Positions 8,601 to 18,291 of a stretch of 54,179 nucleotides of DNA are shown piece after piece. This DNA comes from a virus (lineage: Duplodnaviria > Caudoviricetes): IMG/VR virus record IMGVR_UViG_3300023222_000219, positions 1 to 54,179 of that record. The stretch is one strand, 5' to 3'. Both the position numbers and the translations under genes were made by a program. Under the pieces are notes generated by a model, which was not told where the DNA came from, made no database searches, and was given only the letters and a program-made list of their open reading frames with translations. Position 1 is the first letter of the stretch; every line of letters starts with the position of its first letter.

Positions 8601-9196
8601 TGAAACGCTATGGAATTTACGGATTCCCAGAAAAACCAACCGTCAATAAAATTGCATTGGCCAATAAAGAGTTTAGAGAAAAAAAGGTTTTGCAATATAT
8701 TGAAGAATGTTCAGAAGAAGTTATGAGATTGAAAATCAAAGCTATTTATTGCAGCCAAAAAACAATCACATATTTTATATGCCCAACGTGCAACGAAAAA
8801 AATATGAGAATAAATGTCAGACAAATGTTTTTTAGTACAGATTGTTATAAAAAAAGGGTGGTAAAGAAAATGCCTATTAAAAAAGAAAACAGAAAAAGGT
8901 ATCCAAAAAACTGGAAAGAAATTAGAACTGAAGTTTTGAAAAGAGCATGTCATCATTGCGAAGGATCGCCGCAATATCCAGATTGCAAGGTAAAGAATCA
9001 TAGCCTTCACCCCGTCACTGGATCAATGGTTATTTTGACGATCGCACACCTTGACCATATTCCCGAAAATTGCGGTGAACCAGGGAACAGGCCAAATCTA
9101 AAAGCTTGGTGTCAACGTTGCCACAATACTTATGACATGCCTCATAGGATTAAAAACGCCAAAATGACAAGAGAGAAAAAGAGGAATCAAAAATGA
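8564..9196 (+). CDS. HNH-like zinc-binding endonuclease (HNH part starts ~8870)
   Basis: MPIKKENRKRYPKNW...RA..CE...LTIAHLDH.PENC...NLKAWCQRCHN; N-terminal region with CPTC. Confidence 0.7.
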   Translation: MDIVATGPKEILMKRYGIYGFPEKPTVNKIALANKEFREKKVLQYIEECSEEVMRLKIKAIYCSQKTITYFICPTCNEKNMRINVRQMFFSTDCYKKRVVKKMPIKKENRKRYPKNWKEIRTEVLKRACHHCEGSPQYPDCKVKNHSLHPVTGSMVILTIAHLDHIPENCGEPGNRPNLKAWCQRCHNTYDMPHRIKNAKMTREKKRNQK

Positions 9197-9426
9197 TATT
9201 CTCACAATCAATAATGGAAGCCTTGGCACAAACAAAACTTATTGATGGCAAAAAACGAAAAGACGATGAGCCAAAAAAGACGACCGATTTAGAGATAAAA
9301 CTCAAAAAGAAAAAAGCTAATTTGATTGAGTATTACGAGCTTCTTCAATATTGGAATGAAATAAAAGAACGCAAATGGATTAAAGAAAAAATGGAACAGT
9401 TGGAAATTGAGATTGGACAGTTATGA
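9193..9426 (+). CDS. Hypothetical protein
   Basis: Coupled ORF. Confidence 0.55.
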   Translation: MIFSQSIMEALAQTKLIDGKKRKDDEPKKTTDLEIKLKKKKANLIEYYELLQYWNEIKERKWIKEKMEQLEIEIGQL

Positions 9427-9698
9427 AAAAAGAAAACTATGTTCATGTAGAAATTAATCTACCTTTGGTTCTTGATACAGACAAAGCATTTTGTTTTGGT
9501 GTTGGCAAAGAAGAAATATGGATACCAAGATCAGTTATTTTAAGTGCATGCGTTGAGGACAAGGGAGACTTTGACATTCATAGATCTTTTTTATCTTTGA
9601 TAATGCTTGAAAATATAATAGAAAGCCTTGAAATTCCAAAATGGCTTGCACAGAGCAAGGATTTAACAATTATCGAACAAGGCGATTCGGTTGATTAA
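9423..9698 (+). CDS. Small conserved phage protein (TDKA...WIPRS...IPKWLA)
   Basis: Recurrent motif pattern of small phage beta-proteins. Confidence 0.65.
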   Translation: MKKENYVHVEINLPLVLDTDKAFCFGVGKEEIWIPRSVILSACVEDKGDFDIHRSFLSLIMLENIIESLEIPKWLAQSKDLTIIEQGDSVD

Positions 9699-10140
9699 AC
9701 TCTCAAAAAGCATGAAAGAATTAGCCGAAAAATTGAATGTGGAAATCATTTATAAAGACGCACATCATATTCAATTTATTGGTCAATTGCTTGTGAATTA
9801 TTATCCACATTCAAAAGGGAAAACCGCCTATATAGCAGGAACAAAAAAAGGAATTCATGGAGTAAATTTTAACAGGACAATCAAAATGGCAAACAGACCG
9901 CCGTCAATCAAAAAAAATCATGACAGAAGAAAACCACATTGGGGATTGAAAAAGAAACTCTTGGAAAAAAACAATATTTGTCATTGGTGTCCAACCGAAT
10001 TGACTCACGAAACCGCCACGATCGAGCACATTATCCCATTAGGCCGTGGTGGCCTGGACAATCCTAATAATATAACTTTGGCTTGTAAGCCATGTAATGA
10101 AACCAGAGGGAACAATATGCCGGAAATGGAGAAAGAATGA
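9691..10140 (+). CDS. HNH endonuclease
   Basis: CHWC...TIEHIIPLGRGGLDNPNNITLACKPCN. Confidence 0.85.
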   Translation: MIKLSKSMKELAEKLNVEIIYKDAHHIQFIGQLLVNYYPHSKGKTAYIAGTKKGIHGVNFNRTIKMANRPPSIKKNHDRRKPHWGLKKKLLEKNNICHWCPTELTHETATIEHIIPLGRGGLDNPNNITLACKPCNETRGNNMPEMEKE

Positions 10141-10328
10141 AAGGCTTCACTGATTCGGAAATGAAATGTTTCAAATGCGAATACGTTGGAAAGTTCATTG
10201 AAGGATTAGAAGTCAACAAAACGCAATGGAAAAGAAATTTTTTAAATCAAATATTCAACCATCAAGATAATTATTTATGTCCAGTTTGTGGACAATATAC
10301 AACCAATTGGCAGCAGATAGCCCTTTAG
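10137..10328 (+). CDS. Small zinc-ribbon protein
   Basis: CFKC ... CPVCG. Confidence 0.55.
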   Translation: MKGFTDSEMKCFKCEYVGKFIEGLEVNKTQWKRNFLNQIFNHQDNYLCPVCGQYTTNWQQIAL

Positions 10329-11257
10329 ACAAGACCGCAAGCCATTCCAATAATTGAATCCTCTTCTTCACAATGACTATAAATATTCGCTGTAATAAAT
10401 GTCGTTTCATGATCCACTAATTTACTCACAGTCTGCAAAGGAACCCCATCAGCCAATTTATGAGAAACGAATGAATGACGTGTCGAGTGTGGGGTATAGC
10501 CTTTCTTATCAAATCCACAATCAGAACATGTTTTTTTAAAGAATTTAAGGGCCGCAGCATAAGACCATTGCTTGTTCATATTCGATTTGAAAATAAAGCC
10601 AGAATCAAAGCTTTTAACCCAACTTTGAAGATCTGTTTTAAAGCTTGCAACTTGCTTGATCAGAATGCCCTCAGAATCGAAATAAGGCATTAATTTCGAA
10701 CATTCTTTATTACCTTTAGCAATGTAATTGATTCGTATGCCGTTGTTCTCGAAATGCACGTCCTTTGTTTGAATTCCCAAAACTGAGGATATTCTTAAAC
10801 CATAAAGCCTTAAAATGGCAAAGAATAAATGATTCCTCATATCCATACAGCTTTCGTTTTTCTTTGAGTTCAGAAATTCAGAAATTAAGCTTAAGTCGTC
10901 TTTCTTGATAGGTTTCTTGTGTGAATATTTGCTTTTGATTGATTTGATCTTTTCAGCAACATTTTTTATTTCAAGATTGTGGTCAGGGTCAGATAGTTCT
11001 TTGAACATGGCTTTGATTGCAGACAAACGCGCTTTCAAGGTAGTTGGCTTAATGTTATTCAGAACACAATCAGCTAGATAATCTTTGATATCCATTGAAG
11101 TTACTTTGCTTAAAGCCTTGTCTCCTATGTATTTAAGAAAGAGCGTAAGCCTGTTTTTGTAAGCTTCAATTGTTTTTTCTGCAATGTATTGCTTTTCAAT
11201 TAATTGGTTCCTAGATACCGCTTTTAGGTAGATTTCCAAGATAAATTCGTTTTTCAT
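10325..11257 (-). CDS. Tyrosine recombinase/integrase (XerC/D-like)
   Basis: SAM-like N-domain; GLRISS (R), KGNK, HSTRHSF, DH....T..IY catalytic residues. Confidence 0.92.
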   Translation of the reverse strand: MKNEFILEIYLKAVSRNQLIEKQYIAEKTIEAYKNRLTLFLKYIGDKALSKVTSMDIKDYLADCVLNNIKPTTLKARLSAIKAMFKELSDPDHNLEIKNVAEKIKSIKSKYSHKKPIKKDDLSLISEFLNSKKNESCMDMRNHLFFAILRLYGLRISSVLGIQTKDVHFENNGIRINYIAKGNKECSKLMPYFDSEGILIKQVASFKTDLQSWVKSFDSGFIFKSNMNKQWSYAAALKFFKKTCSDCGFDKKGYTPHSTRHSFVSHKLADGVPLQTVSKLVDHETTFITANIYSHCEEEDSIIGMACGLV

Positions 11258-11298
11258 AAGAGTCCTTTTCCGTAGCTTGTAAAGTATTGTAATCTAAA

Positions 11299-11382
11299 TA
11301 TCAACAATTAGTTGTTATAAAAGGTCTTGAATTTTATAATCGCATTGGTTTAGAATTGAGATAAGCTATCAACATACTGTTG
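11299..11382. promoter_or_regulatory. Two operator-like palindromes in the divergent intergenic region
   Basis: TATCAACAATTAGTTG (11299-11314) and TATCAACATACTGTTG (11367-11382), both CAAC-N5-GTTG. Confidence 0.45.
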
Positions 11383-11476
11383 AATAAAGGATAAAATAAT
11401 ATGAAAACTACAGAGCTGAGATTATGAGTGAGAAATTGAAATATGCTAACTATAAAAACTAACGAAAGGAATTACT

Positions 11477-11785
11477 ATGTCAGAAGAAGGTTCAAATATT
11501 TTAAGTGAAGGAGAGGCAAGTATACAGATGCCTCAGTATCAGAGCCATAAAAAAGTGTGGGCTTTGAAGATAAAAGAAATAGTAGACCATAACGACCCAG
11601 AATCAGAAACCGATGGGAGTCGAATGATTACCCCCGAAGAAGCGGGTTATGCGCCATTTAGGATTGATCACGAATATAGAATAAGGCACAAACCAGAAGC
11701 GGGTGGTTATTACGTCGTTTATGAAGATGGCTACAAATCATATTCACCAGCAAAGCCATTTGAGGAAGGCTATACTAAGATATAA
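11477..11785 (+). CDS. Conserved phage protein (GYYVVYEDGYKSYSP..FEEGY family)
   Basis: MPQYQSHKKVWALKI ... GGYYVVYEDGYKSYSPAKPFEEGY. Confidence 0.75.
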   Translation: MSEEGSNILSEGEASIQMPQYQSHKKVWALKIKEIVDHNDPESETDGSRMITPEEAGYAPFRIDHEYRIRHKPEAGGYYVVYEDGYKSYSPAKPFEEGYTKI

Positions 11786-11865
11786 CACCCACAACGGAAC
11801 CCACAGCATGAAAGAAATAAAGGAGGTACAGTGAAATAAATTAAACAAACCAGAGATAAAATATC

Positions 11866-11890
11866 AAGGCCCCTTAATTGGGGCCTTTTT
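11866..11890 (+). terminator. Intrinsic terminator
   Basis: AAGGCCCC / GGGGCCTT stem followed by Ts. Confidence 0.75.
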
Positions 11891-11914
11891 CAGTAGACAA
11901 AAGGAGCAAATGGA

Positions 11915-12142
11915 ATGACAAATAAAAGCGATTGGTACACAGCTTATTTTTGCGTTAAATGTAATATAAGGCTTTCTAATCATAAGTTAATGTATAGCCG
12001 TGGAACTTGTCCTCATTGCGGGAATCATGAAGGGGTAACCATTATAGAAACTTATGAAAAATCTTGTCGTTTTATCAAAACGGCCCCTTGGTGGAAGTTT
12101 TGGGGAGATCAAGGCCATGAGGAATTTCAGGAGAAAAGTTAA
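11915..12142 (+). CDS. Small zinc-finger protein
   Basis: CVKC ... CPHCG, PWWKFW tail, AGGAG RBS. Confidence 0.65.
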   Translation: MTNKSDWYTAYFCVKCNIRLSNHKLMYSRGTCPHCGNHEGVTIIETYEKSCRFIKTAPWWKFWGDQGHEEFQEKS

Positions 12143-12355
12143 ATGGAAAAGCCACAAGAATATTTTGAAGATCTAATCATTGCCTTCATATCCGAAGTTT
12201 ACGAGTCAGGCAAACACGGTAATAAAACAAAAGTATGCGAGAAGCTTGGAGTAACAATGGCTGCAGTATGTCATTGGAAAAACGGTGACAGAATGCCGTC
12301 ATTGTATTGTTCAAATAAAATGTGGGAAATGATAATGGAGGCTCGGAGTGATTGA
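12143..12355 (+). CDS. Cro/XRE-like HTH protein
   Basis: KTKVCEKLGVTMAAVCHWKNGDRMPS. Confidence 0.75.
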   Translation: MEKPQEYFEDLIIAFISEVYESGKHGNKTKVCEKLGVTMAAVCHWKNGDRMPSLYCSNKMWEMIMEARSD

Positions 12356-12929
12356 TAAAAAACATGATTTGAACAGGCGTGAAATATTGTATGTAAGAAT
12401 AATCTCAAGAATGATGCTTGGTAATTTTTGGTATGGAGATTATAAGACTGGACGTAACAAAACATATGAAGACGTAAAAGACGAATTCCACTTGACCGAT
12501 GACGTTAAAGAAGGCGATATTGTTATTTGCTCATCGTCTATTTATAGGCAAAGTCATATTTTTGTAATCGGTAGGCTTTTAAAATATGATTATAACGCCA
12601 CTTCAGTAATTGAAGATCTTATGACTGGTGACTTATGCGACTATGGAAACGAGTCATATGTAGCTATAAGAAACTTGCCAAATCATTTATTGATAACAGA
12701 TAAGCAGTATAAGTTTTGGAGAAAGTTTGCAAACGTTTGTTATAAAATTGATAGCTATGAATTCATACCTTGCGATTGCTCATTTGATGACAAAGAAAAA
12801 ATAGCTATTTTCGAGACAAGGGAAAAATGGACAAATAAGACAATAAAACATACTCTTAAATATGGAATGACAATAAAAGCGATAAGTGAATACTTGCAGA
12901 ATGTATTGGAGAAAAAATGCAAACAATAA
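12348..12929 (+). CDS. Hypothetical protein
   Basis: 193-aa coupled ORF. Confidence 0.65.
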   Translation: MIDKKHDLNRREILYVRIISRMMLGNFWYGDYKTGRNKTYEDVKDEFHLTDDVKEGDIVICSSSIYRQSHIFVIGRLLKYDYNATSVIEDLMTGDLCDYGNESYVAIRNLPNHLLITDKQYKFWRKFANVCYKIDSYEFIPCDCSFDDKEKIAIFETREKWTNKTIKHTLKYGMTIKAISEYLQNVLEKKCKQ

Positions 12930-13319
12930 AGATAATTTTTAAAAGTGGCGCATCAACAAGCGTTGAAATGTGCAAAGAAGCTGCAATAGATTTGTTTAAT
13001 GAATTTGACAAAGAGCAAACAAACTATCGTATAATAGATTTATATATAAGATTAGAAAATGTTGATTGCATGGAAATATTAAAAAAGATTTAAAACTCAA
13101 TACGTTATTTCCCCAACACCTCAAACAGAACTAATTTATTTATTCAAATAAAATAACGATTTAATAATAATCAATAGTAGTTGTAACATCAAACACCTGA
13201 TCCCGTTCAAACACCAAAACGAATATTTGTTTGAAAAGCTTGAAATGTATTTGTTGCGTTACTATGTTAAGTGTGCAGTAAAGGTTACAAATTGTTCTTA
13301 AGTGTGAAGTCGAGGTAAC

Positions 13320-13724
13320 ATGGCGTTAGATGAAAAAAAGAGTGCAACAACAATCCCAGTAGATTTTAAAACAACGGTTGCGGGTGAAGCCCTTGCAACA
13401 TTCACTCAGATAATTGAGACATTTTATTATTTTAGGGCGAATGTCAAAATTCTAATTTCTTTTCATGCTCTCGTTCCTACTGATCCGGCAATAGTTGCAG
13501 AGGCAACGTCGGTAAATCGAACTGTAAATCAATTGACTCTTAATGGCGATACGATTGAAACGGTTACGCCCCCGGTAGACACGGAGGGTTTGGATTTAAA
13601 AGATTGCGAGAAAGTTAAAGTTCTTTCTGAATTTGCCTGGACTGATGCGCAAGGCGATAAAGACAAAGCTCCCGAAGACTCTGAGGTCATGATTCTGGTT
13701 AATTCTGCGACGGGTGAACTCTAA
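13320..13724 (+). CDS. Putative virion accessory protein
   Basis: GAGG RBS; first gene of a coupled acidic, Thr-rich block. Confidence 0.65.
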   Translation: MALDEKKSATTIPVDFKTTVAGEALATFTQIIETFYYFRANVKILISFHALVPTDPAIVAEATSVNRTVNQLTLNGDTIETVTPPVDTEGLDLKDCEKVKVLSEFAWTDAQGDKDKAPEDSEVMILVNSATGEL

Positions 13725-15685
13725 TGATCGGTCAAACGATTGAGAGAAGGCCGAAAACAGTTACCCAGGCAGAGGCCGAAGCTGGAACCGTAACAGATCC
13801 TAGAACGTGGACACCGGAACGGGACAAACAGGCCATAGAGGCTCTTGAGAGCTTCCAGAGTGCCGAGCAAACAAAGTTAGACAACATAGAGGCAGGGGCA
13901 GAAGTCAATACTGTTGATTCGGTAGCTGGAAAAACAGGGGTGGTCACACTTGATACTGACGACGTTTCAGAAGCTTCTAATCTTTATTACACTGAAGGCC
14001 GAGTCAGCGCAAACTCAGACGTTTCGGCAAATACAGCACACAGAAATGTATCTTCTGGAAATCCTCATTCCCTTGACATTGATGACGTAACGCCAACAAC
14101 AACAAAGGGCGACGTCATTGTTGAAAATGGTGCGAATGCCGTTCGCTTGGGCGTTGGTACTGATGGTCAACAATTAGAAGCCGACTCGTCAGAAGCAACG
14201 GGAATCAAATGGGTAACGCCACTAAGATTCTTTGATTTCCCATACAGAGCCACCACAAATAGTCAAACGCCAGCGCCAAATAGTGGCCGATTGATTTGGA
14301 ACACAGTTGATCAAACAGCCGCCACAGAATTATTCCTAAGCACCACAACGGACGCGGGATCAGATATTGCCGAACTATTAGAATTATTAGCCAAAGAAGG
14401 GGTTCAAGTCACTATTTTTGATAGATCTGACGTTTCATTAAGAATCACTTATACGATAACAGCGGACGCCACAGACAACACAACATATTTCACAATACCA
14501 GTTTCTTTTGAAGGTAATACGACAACATTTTCCAATAATTCAAATCTTACAGTCCTTTTTAATACGGGATTGCAAACGCCAGAAGCTTTTAAAGAAATTT
14601 CACAAGAAACGGATTTAGTTGGAGACTCATTAAAGGTAATTAGGGTTAATTCTGCAGAGGACAAACTAGAGCCATTTGACATATCACTGGACGATATTGA
14701 CGAAACGGCCACAGGTAAAATATTTACTGATGCTGAAAGAACCAAGCTTGGCAATCTAAATGATGGTTACAAAGGTTTCTTTGCCACTCCATCAGCATTG
14801 ACTACGGCCTTCCCCACAGCCTCAAACGGAGACTTTGCAACAGTTGGCAGCACAGACACTATTTGGGCATGGGACGGAGACACGACGGCTTGGGTAGACA
14901 CTGACTCAAATTCATTGGGCGACATGCTCAAAACCACTTATGATCCTACCTCAATTAATGGTGACGCTTTCGATATGGCCAACATGGTTGAAAGTGCTAC
15001 TGAAAAGATATTTTCAAATACAGAACGTACAAAATTAGGTGACATTGAACTAAATGCAACGGCGGATCAATCAAACGTCGAGATTGAAACGGCTTACAAT
15101 GCGCAAGTCGCAGCAGCTTCACAAGTTGAAATGGAGACAGGTACAGAAGCAGCTATAAGAAGAATGTCGCCTTTGCGTGTTGCTCAAGCTATAGCCGCCC
15201 TTGGTGGTGCTCACCTTGGGAGTTTTGATGCCAATGACGCTCTGTTTCCATCAAGCAATCCAGCCGTTGCGGATTCTCGTAATAGTCACCCAATTTTAGC
15301 GTTTGACGACACAATTGCAGAAAACATAATATTTAATGATGCAATGCCTCGACATTACAGAGAAGGCGATATTTTAATAGATATTGATTGGATTGCAGAA
15401 ACCGCAACGACAGGCGGGGTAACTTGGGGCGTTGAGATAGAACGAAATGCACCAGGAGGCAATGATATTGATTCGGATTCGTTCGCAACACAGCAGACAG
15501 GTAACAGCACAACAAATGCGACCTCTGGCATTGTCACAAGGACGACGATCACCTTGACACAGGCTGAAGCCGACGACATTGAGGCGAGAGATTCTTACAG
15601 AATGAGATTGCAAAGAGTGGTTGGTGATGGTGGCGATACCATGACTGATGACGCTCAAATTCTCAATGTGGCTGTGAGGCAATAA
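13724..15685 (+). CDS. Fibre-like virion protein with internal repeats
   Basis: VDSVAGKTGVVTL, TDDVSE.SNLYYT, TTKGD, AERTKL repeats and duplicated Q.E.E.GT....R..P.R..QAI motif typical of tail fibres. Confidence 0.7.
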   Translation: MIGQTIERRPKTVTQAEAEAGTVTDPRTWTPERDKQAIEALESFQSAEQTKLDNIEAGAEVNTVDSVAGKTGVVTLDTDDVSEASNLYYTEGRVSANSDVSANTAHRNVSSGNPHSLDIDDVTPTTTKGDVIVENGANAVRLGVGTDGQQLEADSSEATGIKWVTPLRFFDFPYRATTNSQTPAPNSGRLIWNTVDQTAATELFLSTTTDAGSDIAELLELLAKEGVQVTIFDRSDVSLRITYTITADATDNTTYFTIPVSFEGNTTTFSNNSNLTVLFNTGLQTPEAFKEISQETDLVGDSLKVIRVNSAEDKLEPFDISLDDIDETATGKIFTDAERTKLGNLNDGYKGFFATPSALTTAFPTASNGDFATVGSTDTIWAWDGDTTAWVDTDSNSLGDMLKTTYDPTSINGDAFDMANMVESATEKIFSNTERTKLGDIELNATADQSNVEIETAYNAQVAAASQVEMETGTEAAIRRMSPLRVAQAIAALGGAHLGSFDANDALFPSSNPAVADSRNSHPILAFDDTIAENIIFNDAMPRHYREGDILIDIDWIAETATTGGVTWGVEIERNAPGGNDIDSDSFATQQTGNSTTNATSGIVTRTTITLTQAEADDIEARDSYRMRLQRVVGDGGDTMTDDAQILNVAVRQ

Positions 15686-16347
15686 TGTCTAGGAACTTTG
15701 AAAAGGATAACAATGATTACATAGAAGTTGGTGATGTGCCAGATTTAAACCTTACAGGCAACGAAGTGACTTTATCAGTATGGGTAAGACTAGAATCTGT
15801 TAATGGAGAGGTGAAAGTGTTTGCTAAATGGGCAGATGATGGAAGCCGTTTCCAATACCTACTTTCGATTAATAGCGATGATGAATGCCTATTTGCTGTG
15901 CATGATGGTGGCTTTAAGATTGCGGAAGGGTCAACAGCTTTAGTTGTTGGAGTGTGGAATCATATTGCGGGAACTTATGATGGGTCGAATATTAGAGTTT
16001 ACTTAAATGGTGTAGAAGAAGATTCGTTATCGGCGACCGGAAATATGTCCTCGACAACCGCACCCGTTAGAATAGGTGCGGGTTCGGGAGGTGCTGGAAC
16101 TGAACAACCATTTGACGGAGATATTGGTCATTGTGCTATATGGGATACAGGTTTAAGTTCTAGTGAGGTCCAATCGCTGTCAGCGGGTATTAATCCCCTA
16201 AAAATTCGCAGTGAGAATAGATTGTTTTATGCACCACTTAATGGGCAGAATCCCGAACTAGACGTGGTTGGTGGATTGAGTTTAACTGTGAACGGGGCAA
16301 CCAGAGCAGAAGAGCCACCAATACCCAATAGCATAGTAGCGGCATGA
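15685..16347 (+). CDS. LamG / concanavalin A-like domain protein
   Basis: TLSVWV, WNHIAGTYDGSNIRVYLNG, FDGDIG...IWD..LS..EV. Confidence 0.85.
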   Translation: MSRNFEKDNNDYIEVGDVPDLNLTGNEVTLSVWVRLESVNGEVKVFAKWADDGSRFQYLLSINSDDECLFAVHDGGFKIAEGSTALVVGVWNHIAGTYDGSNIRVYLNGVEEDSLSATGNMSSTTAPVRIGAGSGGAGTEQPFDGDIGHCAIWDTGLSSSEVQSLSAGINPLKIRSENRLFYAPLNGQNPELDVVGGLSLTVNGATRAEEPPIPNSIVAA

Positions 16348-16369
16348 ATAGAATTTTTGAGGTAATAAA

Positions 16370-16882
16370 ATGAGTGACCCATATCCATTGAATAGTACAG
16401 TTGCTTTAGAATCTGTTGCTGAATTAAATAAAGTTCCAATAACTAACGCAGATATTAAATGCACAGTTCGACGACAAGCCGATGATATGTATTGGACAGG
16501 CACAGGAACAACGTTTCAAGCAGCTCCCACATTAATTGCCTTGACAGAATTAAGCGAAGCCAATTCGCCTGGTTGGTGGAGAAAGCTATTTGACACGACA
16601 GGCATAGCAGCAGCTACTTATACAGTCACATTTACGGATTCAAGCGGTAACGCTGACAATTACCCTCAATACGGAGAAATCATTGTTGGTGAGGGTGTCG
16701 TATTGCTGTCTGAAATCGCAGCCGCCGGCGTCGTTGCCAAAGTCACTTATGACGAAGTGGCGTCAACAATAACTTTGCAGCGTTGGGACGCTCCGAACAC
16801 AACACTTCAAATATTTGATGCAAAAGACAAAGACGGAAACCCCGCTTTACTCAACACAATGTTCGAGAAAATTCCCCAATAA
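16370..16882 (+). CDS. Putative virion accessory protein (beta-rich)
   Basis: GAGG RBS; YWTG..FQ, PGWW, YTVTF pattern. Confidence 0.6.
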   Translation: MSDPYPLNSTVALESVAELNKVPITNADIKCTVRRQADDMYWTGTGTTFQAAPTLIALTELSEANSPGWWRKLFDTTGIAAATYTVTFTDSSGNADNYPQYGEIIVGEGVVLLSEIAAAGVVAKVTYDEVASTITLQRWDAPNTTLQIFDAKDKDGNPALLNTMFEKIPQ

Positions 16883-17003
16883 TGAGCATTTCGGGCTATC
16901 TATTCGGTGTCGGTCCTAAAGGCGGGACAATTATTGAAGCTCCACCAATAATTCTTTCGGTGAATGTGAAATCAAAAAAAATCACAATAATCGTAAATAT
17001 TCC

Positions 17004-17032
17004 TTGTCCTTAATAATTTCTTAGATTACAAT
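17004..17032 (+). promoter_or_regulatory. Sigma70-like promoter
   Basis: TTGTCC-N17-TACAAT. Confidence 0.7.
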
Positions 17033-17040
17033 TTTAAGCA

Positions 17041-17132
17041 GCTACGGAAAGCTAAACCAAAAACACGATTAAAACTGAGGGTGCATTCTCTTAACGTCTA
17101 TTTCCGTAGCTTGAGGGTTTGCACCTTCTTTT
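17041..17132 (+). ncRNA. Candidate ~90-nt leader/antisense RNA
   Basis: 5' GCTACGGAAA complements TTTCCGTAGC (17101-17110) in the loop of stem 17077-17090/17113-17128, followed by Ts. Confidence 0.5.
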
Positions 17133-17301
17133 AGGGAACCAGGAGCGAATGTGAGTGAGAATTATGACGAACTAATGGATCGTGGGAGACAAATACTTGA
17201 AAACACCTACCATTCATCAATGGGAGGATTACAGAGTATGGACCATGTCATTCGAGTAATTCACAATGCTGGAAATGCAACGGAGAAGGAAGGCATTCGT
17301 T

Positions 17302-17475
17302 ATGAGTAAAGATTTGAAACCATTCGACATTGTCAGAAACGAGTGGGCAGGGAATAAAAACCCACAAAAAATATTAATACTTATTTCTAAGGGGAAAATA
17401 TATAAATCACTAGAAGTAAATTACAAGGACAAAAAGTCGTCCAATAAAAAAACAAAACAATTAAAGAAAGACTAA
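17302..17475 (+). CDS. Hypothetical protein (possibly truncated)
   Basis: MSKDLKPFDIVRNEWAG start. Confidence 0.45.
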   Translation: MSKDLKPFDIVRNEWAGNKNPQKILILISKGKIYKSLEVNYKDKKSSNKKTKQLKKD

Positions 17476-17533
17476 CCATGCCCGATAAAAACATTATGAA
17501 TTATCAAAGCATTTTAAATGAAAGGAGCATTTG

Positions 17534-17944
17534 ATGAAAAATTCATTATTACTAATAGTTGCATTATTATTTTTGGCAGGTTGTTATCAGCACAATATAA
17601 CAATGGGCAAAGGAGCACACTTGAAAGATACCGTTGTTGATGAAACCGAAATGAGACATTGGTTCGGGTTATGGGGCAACGTAGACGTGTCACCGGTTGA
17701 TATTGACGCATTTGTCAAGCAAAATCCTGATTGTCATATTCATATTGAAAGCAAGTTTGTTGACGTTCTTTTAGGGATTTTCATAAGTCCATTTAGCTTT
17801 GGTTCTCAAACTGTCACCTTTGAAGTTCCTGTTGATAAAAATTCTCGAAGAGGCATGGCTATTCTTGAAGAACAAAGAAAAAAGGCTCTTGAGAAGGCTA
17901 TGAGACAAGAGGTTGCGAGAAAGAAAAATAATAATAATGAGTAA
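17534..17944 (+). CDS. Bor-like lipoprotein
   Basis: Lipobox LAGC; HWFGLWG...VD...IESKFVD.LLG....TVT pattern of Bor/Iss family; AAGGAG RBS. Confidence 0.65.
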   Translation: MKNSLLLIVALLFLAGCYQHNITMGKGAHLKDTVVDETEMRHWFGLWGNVDVSPVDIDAFVKQNPDCHIHIESKFVDVLLGIFISPFSFGSQTVTFEVPVDKNSRRGMAILEEQRKKALEKAMRQEVARKKNNNNE

Positions 17945-17949
17945 TAATT

Positions 17950-18252
17950 TTGTTGATTGTGGAGGCTGTAAAGTCTCCACTTTTTGAAAGGGATAAAAAT
18001 ATGATGTCAGCAGATTTTGACAAAGACAAAGAAAAGCTTTTAAATGACTATGAAGAGGCTTTGCGTTCAATAGTTAATTTAGAACGGATTGTCAATGATC
18101 CTACTTATAAAGTAGCTAAAACGATTGCGAAAGACGCTCTAAGGCAAGATGGCCCTTGTAATCATGTCTGGCACAAGGCTAAGGCAGAAGAAGACGGAAA
18201 ATTTAAAAGCATAATTTTAGATGAATGCCCTGCTTGTGAGGAGAAATTGTGA
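17950..18252 (+). CDS. Hypothetical protein with CNHVW...CPAC
   Basis: ORF track; likely start ATG 18001. Confidence 0.55.
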   Translation: MLIVEAVKSPLFERDKNMMSADFDKDKEKLLNDYEEALRSIVNLERIVNDPTYKVAKTIAKDALRQDGPCNHVWHKAKAEEDGKFKSIILDECPACEEKL

Positions 18253-18291
18253 GAACAATAGCAGAACAATTAGAATTGGAGGAGAGTCAAG

